Positions 8,944-18,377 of a DNA stretch of 64,000 bases are shown one piece after another. The translations under genes were made by a program, and so were the position numbers. The notes beneath the pieces were generated by a model. It saw only the letters and a program-made list of their open reading frames with translations. It did not search any database and was not told the DNA's origin. Each line of letters begins with the position of its first letter. Position 1 is the first letter of the stretch. The stretch covers positions 544,001 to 608,000 of the forward strand of contig CAVYJM010000006.1 in NCBI GenBank assembly GCA_963768855.1, given 5' to 3'. Origin of the DNA: an uncultured Thermoplasmata archaeon (GTDB lineage: Archaea > Thermoplasmatota > Thermoplasmata > RBG-16-68-12).

Positions 8944-9939
8944 GTGGGGGAAGCAAGCGTGCCCAGTGCAACGCGGGTGGATTCGGTGGTCGACGAGGAT
9001 CGGATCTGCCCTGAGTGCAAGAGCGATCACCTTGTGCTAGACTACACGCGCGGCGAACTCGTCTGCGATTCCTGCGGTCTGGTGATCCGGGATAGCACGA
9101 TCGACGAGGGCCCCGAGTGGTCCGCGTACTCCGTGGAGGAGAACGACCGGCTCGCGCGCACCGGCGCGCCGCGCAGCTACGTCGCGGGCTCGTCCGGATT
9201 GACCACGGTCATCCCCTTGGCGAACAAGGACGCGCGGGGGAACACAATCCCGCTCCGCGAGCGGGAGAAGTTCTACCGCATGCGGAAGCTCCAGCGCCAC
9301 TCGGGTCACTCCCGGCCCGGCGAGCGCAGCCTGCCCGAGACGATCCGCGCGCTCGACCGCGTCGCGTCCCTGATGGGCCTCCCGCGCCCCGTGAAGGACG
9401 AGGCCGGATTCATCTGCAAGAAGGCGCTCGAGAAGGGCCTCGTCCGCGGACGCTCCATCGAGGGAATTGTCGCCGCCGCCGTCTACGCGGCGTGCCGGAT
9501 CGACGGCGTGCCTCGGACCCTGGACGAGCTCCAGCAGGTCACCGGCGTCCGGAAGAAGTCGATCGGGAAGGCCTACGGCGCCCTCCTGCGCACCCTGACC
9601 CTGCGGGTGCCCCCGTCCCACCCGACGGACTACGTGAGCCGGTTCTGCTCCAAACTCGGGCTGAGCAACAGCGTGCAGACGGAAGCCCTGAAGATCCTGA
9701 AGGAGCTCGAGAAGGTCGACAGCTCGATGTCGCTCTCGCCGGCGGGGACCGCCGCGGCCGCGATCTACCTCGCCTCCCTCTCCTGCGGCGAGCGAAGACC
9801 GCAGAAGGCAATCGCGAAGGTCGCCGGCGTCAGCGAGGTCACCCTCAGGAACCGCTTCCAGTTCATGGAGGATTTCATGCAGCAGCTCACGTTGCCACGC
9901 GGTCGCGCGCCAAAGGTTGCCACGCCGGGCTCACCCTGA
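8944..9939 (+). CDS. tfb: Transcription initiation factor IIB
   Basis: Zn ribbon CPECKS...VCDSCG, GPEW..ARTGAP B-reader, two cyclin repeats, C-terminal GVSEVTLRNRF HTH; TATA-like TTATAA/TTATAT upstream. Confidence 0.95.
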   Translation: MGEASVPSATRVDSVVDEDRICPECKSDHLVLDYTRGELVCDSCGLVIRDSTIDEGPEWSAYSVEENDRLARTGAPRSYVAGSSGLTTVIPLANKDARGNTIPLREREKFYRMRKLQRHSGHSRPGERSLPETIRALDRVASLMGLPRPVKDEAGFICKKALEKGLVRGRSIEGIVAAAVYAACRIDGVPRTLDELQQVTGVRKKSIGKAYGALLRTLTLRVPPSHPTDYVSRFCSKLGLSNSVQTEALKILKELEKVDSSMSLSPAGTAAAAIYLASLSCGERRPQKAIAKVAGVSEVTLRNRFQFMEDFMQQLTLPRGRAPKVATPGSP

Positions 9940-10172
9940 CCGACCCGGGCCTCCATGGGGGCCGCGGCCCCGTTCTGTTTTCAACGCATGGAAATGTGAC
10001 AAAAGCTTTGTAAGGCGCGGCCATCTGTGTCAAGCCCAGGGACGAGTGCAAACGATGGTGAGGCTGGCCTCGCATCGAACCGGGCTCACACTCGAATCGT
10101 TCAAGAACCCCTCGCCCCATCGCCGACCGACGGCGGCAGGCCGTCGCACCGTGTCTCGAGCGTCGTGATCAG

Positions 10173-12158
10173 ATGAGCGCGAAGCCCCTCAGAATGAATG
10201 ACCTCTCTTGGATGATCGGTGGTCCCCAAGGGAGCGGCGTCGACTCCTCAGCGAACGCCTTCGCGCGCGCCTGCGCCCATGCGGGTCTCAACATCTTCGG
10301 GAAGCGGGAGTACTACTCGAACATCAAGGGGGAGCACTCGTACTTCACGGTGCGGGCCTCCGCCGGGACCGTCCGGTCCCACACCGACGACATCCACCTG
10401 CTGGCGACGTTCGATGCCGAGACGGCGTTCCGGCACGTCCGCGAGGTCGTGGACGACGGTGCGATCATCTATGATCCGGCCCTGGGGAAGACGAAGGTAT
10501 CGGACATCCCGACGATCGAGCACCGCCTGGCGGGCGAGCTCAAGACGTACCTGATCTCCCGCGGCGTCGGCGAGAGCCTCGACGACTTGTTCACGTCCGC
10601 GAAGCAGCGCGGCGTCACCCTCATCCCGATTCCCTACAGCGGCCTACTCGAGCAGATCGCCGACGAGTTCAACGTCGATGCGCTGAGCAAGATCACTCGG
10701 ATGGTCAACATGCTCGCGGTCGGCGCCTCCCTCGGTGTAGTCGGGCTCGACTTCGACTACGCGGTACGGTCTCTCAACGACGTGTTCCGCGGGAAGAAGT
10801 CCACGGTCGACATGAACGCCTCGGGAGCCCGCAAGGCCTACGACCTCGGAAAGACGCTCGCCCCGGACTTCCGGTACCGCCTGCAGACCCTTCCGCGCAA
10901 GGAGCCACGGCTCTTCCTCTCGGGCAGCCAAGCGGGCGCGCTCGGCAAGCTCTACGGCGGGCTCCGCGTGCAGACGTACTACCCGATTACCCCCGCTTCC
11001 GACGAGAGCGAGTTCCTGGAGGCCAACGAGGTCCTGGACCTCGACGGCCGGAGCATCCCCGAGGCCGAGGACTCGAAGTTCGTGACGGAGAAGGGCGCCT
11101 CGGTCCTCGTCGTGCAGACGGAGGACGAGATCGCGGCGATCACGATGGCGATCGGCGCCGCCCTGACGGGCGCAAGGGCCGCGACGGCGACCTCCGGTCC
11201 GGGGTTCTGCCTGATGATGGAAGGCATCGGGTACGCGTCGATCAACGAGATCCCGGTCGTCATCACGCTCTACCAACGCGCCGGACCCAGCACGGGGATG
11301 CCGACCCGGCACGAGCAGGGCGACCTGCGCTTCGCGCTCCACGCGGGCCACGGCGACAGCCCCCGCATCATCCTGGCCTCGGGCGACTTCGAGGAGATGA
11401 TCCGCGACGGCCTGCTCTCCTTCAACTACGCGGAGCGCTACCAGATGCCCGTGATCCACATGGTGGACAAGGCCCTCGCCAACAACAGCGGCACGGTCGC
11501 GGTCCCCGACCTGACGGACCTCCGGATCGACCGCGGGCGGATGGTCGTGGACGGGAACGGATACGGGCCCGAGCACCCCTACCACCGCTTCGAGCTCGGC
11601 GACAACCCGGTCTCCCCACGTGCGGTCATCGGCCAGCACGGCACCCTGTTCTGGAATACAGGCGACGAGCACGACGAGACGGGCCATATCACGGAGGACC
11701 CCGTCTTGCGCGACATGATGATGGAGAAGCGGGAGGCGAAGCTGCAGCTCGCGAACCAGGAGATCCCGGACTCCGTCAAGTTCCATTACTTCGGCCCGAA
11801 GGACGCCCAGACGGTCCTCGTGAGCTGGGGCTCGACGAAGGGCCCGATCCTTGACGCCCTGGATCAGCTCCTCGCGGCGAAGGAGTCCGTCGGGTTCCTG
11901 CAGCTCCGTCTCCTGAACCCCTTCCCCACGGAGGCCGTCCTGGCCCATCTGGCGAAGGCGAAGCACCGCGTCGACATCGAGATGAACTTCAGCGCGCAAC
12001 TCGGCGGACTGATCCGCGAGCGCACGGGCATCGCGCCGACCCACCTCGTCCTGAAGTACAACGGCCGCCCGATGTCGAACAACGAGGTCCACGACGCGGT
12101 CAGGGCGATCATCCGCAATCAGGCTCCTCCCAGGACGGTGCTAACCCATGGCGCTTGA
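10173..12158 (+). CDS. korA: 2-oxoacid:ferredoxin oxidoreductase, gamma-alpha fused subunit
   Basis: [44 protein letters not shown]. Confidence 0.93.
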   Translation: MSAKPLRMNDLSWMIGGPQGSGVDSSANAFARACAHAGLNIFGKREYYSNIKGEHSYFTVRASAGTVRSHTDDIHLLATFDAETAFRHVREVVDDGAIIYDPALGKTKVSDIPTIEHRLAGELKTYLISRGVGESLDDLFTSAKQRGVTLIPIPYSGLLEQIADEFNVDALSKITRMVNMLAVGASLGVVGLDFDYAVRSLNDVFRGKKSTVDMNASGARKAYDLGKTLAPDFRYRLQTLPRKEPRLFLSGSQAGALGKLYGGLRVQTYYPITPASDESEFLEANEVLDLDGRSIPEAEDSKFVTEKGASVLVVQTEDEIAAITMAIGAALTGARAATATSGPGFCLMMEGIGYASINEIPVVITLYQRAGPSTGMPTRHEQGDLRFALHAGHGDSPRIILASGDFEEMIRDGLLSFNYAERYQMPVIHMVDKALANNSGTVAVPDLTDLRIDRGRMVVDGNGYGPEHPYHRFELGDNPVSPRAVIGQHGTLFWNTGDEHDETGHITEDPVLRDMMMEKREAKLQLANQEIPDSVKFHYFGPKDAQTVLVSWGSTKGPILDALDQLLAAKESVGFLQLRLLNPFPTEAVLAHLAKAKHRVDIEMNFSAQLGGLIRERTGIAPTHLVLKYNGRPMSNNEVHDAVRAIIRNQAPPRTVLTHGA

Positions 12159-13134
12159 ACAGGTGCTGAAGGCCCAGGACTTCGCCACGGAGGTCCACAA
12201 CGACTGGTGCCCCGGATGCGGGGACTTCGGCATCCTCCGGACGATCCAGATGGCCCTCGCGGAGCTGAAGGTCGATCCCTACCGCGTTGCGATGGTCTCC
12301 GGGATCGGATGCTCCGCGAAGACGGTCCACTACATCAAGACGTACGGGGTCCACACCCTCCATGGTCGCGTCCTGCCCGTCGCGCAGGGCATCAAGCTCG
12401 CCAACCCGAACCTCGAGGTTGTCGCCGTCGGAGGCGACGGGGACGGCATGGGCATTGGCGGTGCGCACTTCGTCAACGCGGGGCGGCGGAACCTCGACAT
12501 GCTCTACGTCCTGTTCGACAACGGCGTGTACGGGCTCACGAAGGGACAGGCCTCGCCCACCCTCAAGCTCGGCGTCCAGACGAAGTCCCTCGCGCACCCG
12601 AACATCAACGAGGCCGTGAACCCGATCTGGCTCGCCCTCGCGGCCGGCGCGACGTGGGTCGGGCGCGGGTACTCCTATGACGTGAAGCACCTGAAGGACC
12701 TGATCGTCCAGGGGATCCGCCACAAGGGCTACGCCTTTCTTGACGTGCTCCAGCCCTGCCCGACGTACAACGACATCAACACGAAGGAGTGGTATGGCGG
12801 CGAGGACCGGGCGGATCAGAACGGCGGGAGGGCGCTCCCGCGGGTCTACAAGCTCGACACGGAGGCGTTCGACCCGGTCGTCCACGACCCGACGGAGATC
12901 GAGGACAAGGCAAAGCAGGCGCTTGCGAAGGCCCTCGAGTGGGGCGACCGCATCCCGATCGGCGTGTTCTACAACAACGAGCACATCCCCGACCTGGGGG
13001 AGCGGATCCGCCAGCGCATCCCGACGTACTATGAGAGGACGCCGGCGGAGCAGCGCATCGCGGGCCCGAACGGCGAACCCCTGACGGACATCAGCAAGCT
13101 CTTCGCGCGGCTCACCGTCCCGCCCTCGGCGTGA
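12148..13134 (+). CDS. korB: 2-oxoacid:ferredoxin oxidoreductase beta subunit (TPP-binding)
   Basis: [45 protein letters not shown]; overlaps korA. Confidence 0.93.
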   Translation: MALEQVLKAQDFATEVHNDWCPGCGDFGILRTIQMALAELKVDPYRVAMVSGIGCSAKTVHYIKTYGVHTLHGRVLPVAQGIKLANPNLEVVAVGGDGDGMGIGGAHFVNAGRRNLDMLYVLFDNGVYGLTKGQASPTLKLGVQTKSLAHPNINEAVNPIWLALAAGATWVGRGYSYDVKHLKDLIVQGIRHKGYAFLDVLQPCPTYNDINTKEWYGGEDRADQNGGRALPRVYKLDTEAFDPVVHDPTEIEDKAKQALAKALEWGDRIPIGVFYNNEHIPDLGERIRQRIPTYYERTPAEQRIAGPNGEPLTDISKLFARLTVPPSA

Positions 13135-13957
13135 CGCGGGCCGCAAGCCCCTCGATCAACCGGGGTCGGAGGTTCGTCCGCTTCCCCATCTCCCAGATGC
13201 GTTCCGCCATCTGCTCCATGGCCGAGGCGATCGCGGGGTCGTCGGTCCAGATGGCGATGTCCTCCCCACGGAAGCCCGAGTCGTCGTCGGGGATCGGGTG
13301 GCTCATCAGGAACTGCTGGCCGTCCACTCCATGGCGGCAGACCGGGGTGAAGAAGTCGATGTGGCGGATCTCGGAGTAGCGGCTGAGGGAGCGGACTTCG
13401 GTCTCGTTGTCCGGATTCGTGAAGAACGCGAATTTCACCGTCACGCCGAGGGCCGCTTTCGCCTCGAGCTCCTGCCCGAGCCCGCGCAGGATCCGCGCGG
13501 GGCTGTGCATCGATCCGATCGCGATGATCTCGGTCTCCGCGTGCTCATACATCTCGACGAGCCTGTCGCGGACATTGCGGCGCCCGTAGATGGCCTCGAA
13601 CCGGCCCGGTCGGTCGGGCAGCTCGAGGGGAGTGACCGAGAACTCCCGCGCGAGGGTCTCCGCATTCGACGTGAGCTGGAGCGCCTTCTGGCGATAGTCC
13701 GCCGCGAGCGTCTTCAAGTAGCTCGAGAAGGGCACGGCCTTGTACCGGACCGGCTTCTCGGGAAGGATCTGGACGAGGCCTTTCCCGTGGAGCTGCTGCA
13801 TCGTCGTGTAGATGCGGGTGCGGGGCACGCGGGAGAGCGCGGGGATCTGGCTGGCCGTTGCGGTCCCTAGGTCGAGGAGCGCGAGGTAGACCCGGGCCTG
13901 GTATTCGGTGAGCCCAAATCCCTTCAGCTTCTGGAGGCGATCCTGATTGATCGGCGT
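13112..13957 (-). CDS. TrmB-family transcriptional regulator (HTH plus PLD-like effector domain), apparent ACG start
   Basis: [15 protein letters not shown]...SRVPRTRIY...L..KGLV. The track extension to 14230 is not homologous. SD GGAGGGG lies 6 nt before ACG 13957. Confidence 0.85.
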   Translation of the reverse strand, partial: TPINQDRLQKLKGFGLTEYQARVYLALLDLGTATASQIPALSRVPRTRIYTTMQQLHGKGLVQILPEKPVRYKAVPFSSYLKTLAADYRQKALQLTSNAETLAREFSVTPLELPDRPGRFEAIYGRRNVRDRLVEMYEHAETEIIAIGSMHSPARILRGLGQELEAKAALGVTVKFAFFTNPDNETEVRSLSRYSEIRHIDFFTPVCRHGVDGQQFLMSHPIPDDDSGFRGEDIAIWTDDPAIASAMEQMAERIWEMGKRTNLRPRLIEGLAARVTPRAGR

Positions 13958-14103
13958 GCGCGACCCCTCCGGGGCGTCTGGATGCCGACCGCTCCTTAAA
14001 AGACTGTCACTCCTGCCGGTGACACCAAACCCTCGTCCGCCGCAGGAAAGGGCTTTACCGCGAGGCGGACTCACCGAAGGCCGATGCATGGGGTCCGGCT
14101 CCC

Positions 14104-15693
14104 GTGATCGCGACTCCGCCTCGCGACCTCGTCCGCGCCTTGCGAGGCGCCCTCGGGGAGGGATGCGTCTTCGACGACGACGCCTCCCTCCGGGAATTCT
14201 CCATGGACGCGAGCCCTTGCCTCGTGCCACCCCTGGCCGTCGTGCGTCCCCGATCCGAGGCCCAGGTCGTGGCGATCGTACAGGAGTGCGCCCGCCGCGG
14301 CGTGTCCCTCACCCCACGCGCCGCGGGGACCTCCCTCTCGGGCGCGGCGATCGGGCCCGGCGTCGTTTTGGACACGTCGCGCCTCGCTTCGATCCGCGAG
14401 TTCGCCCCCTCGGAGGACTGGGTGCGGGTCGAGCCCGGCGTGCCCCTGGCCGACCTGAACGCGTTCCTCGCCGAGCGGGGCCACCGGTTCCCACTCGAGC
14501 CAGGAAGTCGAGAGTGGTGCCGGATCGGCGGGATGGTGGGCCACAACGCTTCCGGATACCAGAGCGTGAAGTACGGCCAGACCCGCGACTACGTCCTCGC
14601 TCTGCGAGTCGTCCTCGCTGACGGGACGCTGCTCGACGCGCGGGATGTTCCGGTGGACGGCGAGGAATGGCACCGCCTCGTTGCACGGGTACCCGCGTTG
14701 GAGACCGTCCGCCGCATCCTCGGGGACCACCGAGAGGCGATCCTCGCATCCCGCCGCGCGGTGACCAAACACTCCTGCGGGTACGGGCTCGCGCACCTCG
14801 TGGAGGGCCTCGACGCGGGGCGGTTCCCGCTTGCCGATCTCTTCGTCGGGAGCGAGGGCACACTCGGCGTGGTCACGGAGGCCACCTTGCGCGTCCTGCT
14901 CCGCCCGCCTCGAACCGTCACCTGCCTCCTCTACCTGGACGCGCTCGAAGACATGGGCCGGCTCGTGCAGGGCCTCCTTCCCCTGGGGCCCAGCGCGATC
15001 GAGGGGATCGACGGGGACTCCCTTGACGTCCTCGGCCGCGAGGCGTATGGAATCCCTGCGGCCGCGCGGGCCATGGTCCTCGTGGAGTTCGACGCGGGAG
15101 ACCTCGACGCCCTTGCGACGCAGGTCGTCCGGGAGATTGGAGCCCGCTATCGTCTGAGCGCGCCCGCCGAGGCCGCGACGGACCCCGCGCGCCAGGCCGC
15201 GGTCTGGAAGGCGCGGCGCTCCCTGTTCCCCACGCTCCTGCGCCGCCCCGGGAGCCGCCGGCCCTGGGGCTTCGTCGAGGACCCAATCGTCCCGCGGGAC
15301 CGGGTGGCCGAGTTCATCCTCTTCCTCACCGAGCTGACTCGCAAGTACGGGACCGTGGCGGGGATCTACGGCCACCTCGGGGACGGGAACACCCATTACC
15401 GCCCCGTCTTCGACCCGATGGACCCGGACGACCTCGAGAAGATGCGCGCCCTGCGTAAGGAGTTCGACGACGCGGTCCTGGACCGGTTCCATGGGCTTCC
15501 CTCAGGAGAGCACGGGATCGGCCGCATCCGTGCGGACGTCCTCCGGCGGATATGGGGCCCCGAGGTGTACGAGGCGATGCGGGGCATCAAGGACGCCCTG
15601 GATCCCCGCGACCTCCTGAATCCCGGGGTCCTGTTCTCGACCTCGGAGTGGTGGGAGACGTGGGGGGGCCTCGAAGCGCGTGAACCGTTGTGA
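14104..15693 (+). CDS. FAD-linked oxidoreductase, GlcD/D-lactate dehydrogenase family
   Basis: PRAAGTSLSG, VEPGV, IGGMVGHNASG, GSEGTLGVVTE, GHLGDGNTH, SGEHGIG. Confidence 0.92.
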   Translation: MIATPPRDLVRALRGALGEGCVFDDDASLREFSMDASPCLVPPLAVVRPRSEAQVVAIVQECARRGVSLTPRAAGTSLSGAAIGPGVVLDTSRLASIREFAPSEDWVRVEPGVPLADLNAFLAERGHRFPLEPGSREWCRIGGMVGHNASGYQSVKYGQTRDYVLALRVVLADGTLLDARDVPVDGEEWHRLVARVPALETVRRILGDHREAILASRRAVTKHSCGYGLAHLVEGLDAGRFPLADLFVGSEGTLGVVTEATLRVLLRPPRTVTCLLYLDALEDMGRLVQGLLPLGPSAIEGIDGDSLDVLGREAYGIPAAARAMVLVEFDAGDLDALATQVVREIGARYRLSAPAEAATDPARQAAVWKARRSLFPTLLRRPGSRRPWGFVEDPIVPRDRVAEFILFLTELTRKYGTVAGIYGHLGDGNTHYRPVFDPMDPDDLEKMRALRKEFDDAVLDRFHGLPSGEHGIGRIRADVLRRIWGPEVYEAMRGIKDALDPRDLLNPGVLFSTSEWWETWGGLEAREPL

Positions 15694-15796
15694 AGGACCC
15701 GCACCGAATGTTTAAGCCCCGGACCGCGTGGCAAGGATTAAGAAGCACACCGGTTTACGCGTCCCGTCGCACCCCGGTGAGGCGGAGGAATCGACC

Positions 15797-16462
15797 ATGA
15801 TCCAGCGGGCGGAGCAGTCCAACATCGTCGGCCTCCGGTCGAGGGACTTCCTCAAATGGGTCGACGAGAACATCGACGCTCCCCTCAAGCGGGGCCCCGG
15901 CGGCGCGATGGTCAAGAGGATGAAGGAGGGCCTCGTCGGGGAGTTCTTCAACTGGGCCAAGCGGAACTCGACGTGGCCGCTGCACTTCGGGATCATGTGC
16001 TGCGCGATCGAGATGGCCGCAACCTCGGACCCGCGCTACGACGTGGAGCGGTTCGGCGTCATCTACCGCAGCTCCCCGCGGCAGTGCGACGTGCTCCTGC
16101 TCAACGGTCCGATCTCCCTGAAGCTCCGCCCCGCGGTGCGCCGCCTCTATGAACAGATGGCGGACCCGAAGTGGGTGATCGCGATGGGGGAGTGCACGAT
16201 CTGCGGCGGACCCTACTACGACTCGTACAGCATCGTGAAGGGCTCGTACACGTTCGTCCCGACAGACGTCTTCATCCCGGGCTGCCCGGTGCGGCCTGAG
16301 GCCTTGATCGACGGGTTTCTCAAGCTCAGCGCGAAGATCAAGGCGGAACGGACCGGCTGGATCAAGACGAAGAAGGGGCGGCTCGTGAGCTCCCGTGAGG
16401 GCGAGCTGATGGACCTGCGTGAAGGAGACTACACCTATGAAGTCCCCCAAGTCCGACACTGA
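15797..16462 (+). CDS. nuoB: NADH-quinone oxidoreductase subunit B homolog
   Basis: IMCCAIEM (tandem Cys), SPRQCD, PKWVIAMGECTICGG, FIPGCPVRPEA; GGAGG RBS before ATG 15797. Confidence 0.93.
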   Translation: MIQRAEQSNIVGLRSRDFLKWVDENIDAPLKRGPGGAMVKRMKEGLVGEFFNWAKRNSTWPLHFGIMCCAIEMAATSDPRYDVERFGVIYRSSPRQCDVLLLNGPISLKLRPAVRRLYEQMADPKWVIAMGECTICGGPYYDSYSIVKGSYTFVPTDVFIPGCPVRPEALIDGFLKLSAKIKAERTGWIKTKKGRLVSSREGELMDLREGDYTYEVPQVRH

Positions 16463-17294
16463 CCTGACGCAGGTCCGTCCGACGTCGACGATCGGCGGCA
16501 TCTTCCGCCCGTTGAGCACGGCGATCAAGGCCACCCTCGTCACCCTGCCCATCGTCAACAAGCTCGTCCCGGGCGGGCGCAAGCCCGTGACCCATCTCTA
16601 CCCCTACCAGAAGGTCGACCTGCCCCAGGCCTTCCGCGGGCAGCACAGCATCGACTGGTACAAGTGCATCGGCTGCGAGCTGTGCGCGAAAGTCTGTCCG
16701 AACGAGTGCATCTACTTCGAGTTCCACGAGGTCGACAAGGACGACCCGTACCTCCATCCGAGCCGCGCGATGCTCGACGAGATGAAGAAGATCATCCGCC
16801 GGCCCGCCGTGGACATCGGTCACTGCCTCTTCTGCGGGAACTGCATGGAGTACTGCCCGACGGACGCCTGGAACTTCACCCAGGAGTTCGAGCACGCAGA
16901 CTACGCGCGTGAGGACCTGTATTATCGCTCCGAGGAGCTCCGGATGCCCGACGCGGTCTCCGACAAGGAGACCGTCCTGATTAACCGGATGGGGGAGCAC
17001 CCGATCGTCGAGGCGGACGTCTGCATCGGGTGCCGCAAGTGCGAGCGCGAATGCCCGACGCGGTGCATCGACATGCTCGACGGCCCGAACGACCGGAAGG
17101 GCAAGCCCATCGTCGTCCCCGAGTTTGACTACACGAAGTGCATCGGCTGCCAGCAGTGCGTCGACGTCTGCCCGGTGGACTGCCTCTACATGGAGGAGAT
17201 CGGCTACAAGGACCTTCAGGGCTTCTACCACATCAACAAGCAGGGCGAGGTCAAGTTGCTCGAGGAGCAGACGGAAGAGGCCTTGGCCAAGTGA
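16437..17294 (+). CDS. nuoI: NuoI homolog with an extra C-terminal 2[4Fe-4S] ferredoxin domain
   Basis: VTHLYP...FRGQH; four CxxCxxCxxxCP motifs (CIGCELCAKVCP, CLFCGNCMEYCP, CIGCRKCERECP, CIGCQQCVDVCP); GAAGGAG RBS. Confidence 0.9.
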   Translation: MKSPKSDTDLTQVRPTSTIGGIFRPLSTAIKATLVTLPIVNKLVPGGRKPVTHLYPYQKVDLPQAFRGQHSIDWYKCIGCELCAKVCPNECIYFEFHEVDKDDPYLHPSRAMLDEMKKIIRRPAVDIGHCLFCGNCMEYCPTDAWNFTQEFEHADYAREDLYYRSEELRMPDAVSDKETVLINRMGEHPIVEADVCIGCRKCERECPTRCIDMLDGPNDRKGKPIVVPEFDYTKCIGCQQCVDVCPVDCLYMEEIGYKDLQGFYHINKQGEVKLLEEQTEEALAK

Positions 17295-17300
17295 AATCCC

Positions 17301-17393
17301 CGGAATAGGACTATTCCGTCCGGAATGTGAACCTTTTATCCTGCCCTTCTTTTCGTCCGGCCGAAAGGCTCCGTGTCGGAGAGCCTTTGAGGA
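17301..17393 (+). promoter_or_regulatory. metE operon promoter region: palindrome, TATA-like box, 5'-UTR hairpin, RBS
   Basis: CGGAATAG-GA-CTATTCCG (17301-17318); TTTTAT (17334-17339); AAAGGCTC/GAGCCTTT stem (17364-17388); GAGGA. Confidence 0.45.
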
Positions 17394-17399
17394 CGCGCA

Positions 17400-18377
17400 A
17401 TGCCGCAGACGACCGTGGTCGGGACGTATCCCCGGATCGGGGACTCGTACGAGGAGCAGGGGCTGCGACGGACGATCGCCCGCTTCGACAAGGGCGAGGC
17501 GACCGAAGCGGACGTCCAGGCGGCGGAGGGGGAGGTCGTCGAAGCCGTCCTGCGGGAGCAGCAGGCGGCCGGGATCGACATCCTCACGGATGGCCAGGTC
17601 TCCTGGTACGACAGTCAGAGCCACATCGCGCGCCGGCTCTCGGGCGTGGAGATCGGCGGGCTCGTCCGGTACTTCGACACGAATACGTACTACCGACAGC
17701 CGATTGTGACCGGCCCGGTCCGCTGGACCTCGCCCATCCTCGTCGACGAGTGGCGGTTCGCGCAGGAGGCCTCCCGCTCCCCGGTCAAGGCGGTTCTCAC
17801 GGGGCCCGTGACCCTTGCGAACCTGGCGCTTGACCGGCACTACAGGAAGAAACGCGCCCTGGCGCGGGACCTCGCCAGGGCCCTGGCCGAGGAAATCGCC
17901 GCGCTGCGGGCCGCCGGCGTCCGATACCTCCAGGTGGACGAGCCGATCCTGACGCGGCGGCCCGAGGACCTCTCCCTCGTCCGGGAGACGTTCAGTCTGC
18001 TTGCGGCCGCCAAGGGGACCGCGGAACTGTGCCTGGCCACCTACTTCGGGGACGTCGCGAAGATCTACCGCGACCTCGTGAAGCTCCCGGCGGACGTCCT
18101 GGGGTTGGACCTCGTCCAGGGGGCCAAGACGTGGTCCCAGATCGCGACGCACGGCTCGGACAAGCCGCTCGTCCTCGGCGTGGTCGATGCGCGGAACACG
18201 AAGCTGGAGGACCCGAAGGCGGTGGCCGCCCGCGTGCGCGGGATACGGCACTCCGTCGATCTGGAACGCTGCTACCTGTCCCCGTCGAACGGGCTCGAGT
18301 TCCTGCCGCGGGCTGCCGCGCGGGAGAAGCTGGCCCGTCTCGCCCGGACCGCGGAGCTGGTCGGAGGGAACGCATGA
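17400..18377 (+). CDS. Cobalamin-independent methionine synthase, non-catalytic N-terminal-like half (split MetE)
   Basis: VGTYPRIG, DILTDGQ, RYFDTNTYYRQP, KAVLTGPVTL, QVDEP; Zn ligands absent (ATYFG, SPSNGL). Confidence 0.85.
   Translation: MPQTTVVGTYPRIGDSYEEQGLRRTIARFDKGEATEADVQAAEGEVVEAVLREQQAAGIDILTDGQVSWYDSQSHIARRLSGVEIGGLVRYFDTNTYYRQPIVTGPVRWTSPILVDEWRFAQEASRSPVKAVLTGPVTLANLALDRHYRKKRALARDLARALAEEIAALRAAGVRYLQVDEPILTRRPEDLSLVRETFSLLAAAKGTAELCLATYFGDVAKIYRDLVKLPADVLGLDLVQGAKTWSQIATHGSDKPLVLGVVDARNTKLEDPKAVAARVRGIRHSVDLERCYLSPSNGLEFLPRAAAREKLARLARTAELVGGNA

Noticed and set aside
13958-14230. N-terminal extension of TrmB given by the ORF track
   Set aside because: It overlaps the divergent GlcD gene and promoter, has low-complexity composition and shows no TrmB homology.
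15797-17294. Group 4 [NiFe]-hydrogenase small subunit
   Set aside because: The tandem CC motif is complex-I-type, and no large subunit with CxxC Ni motifs or maturation genes is nearby.
17295-17399. Cobalamin or SAM riboswitch upstream of metE
   Set aside because: Too short after the TATA box and lacks B12-box or SAM-I/II core motifs; reported only as a hairpin plus palindrome.
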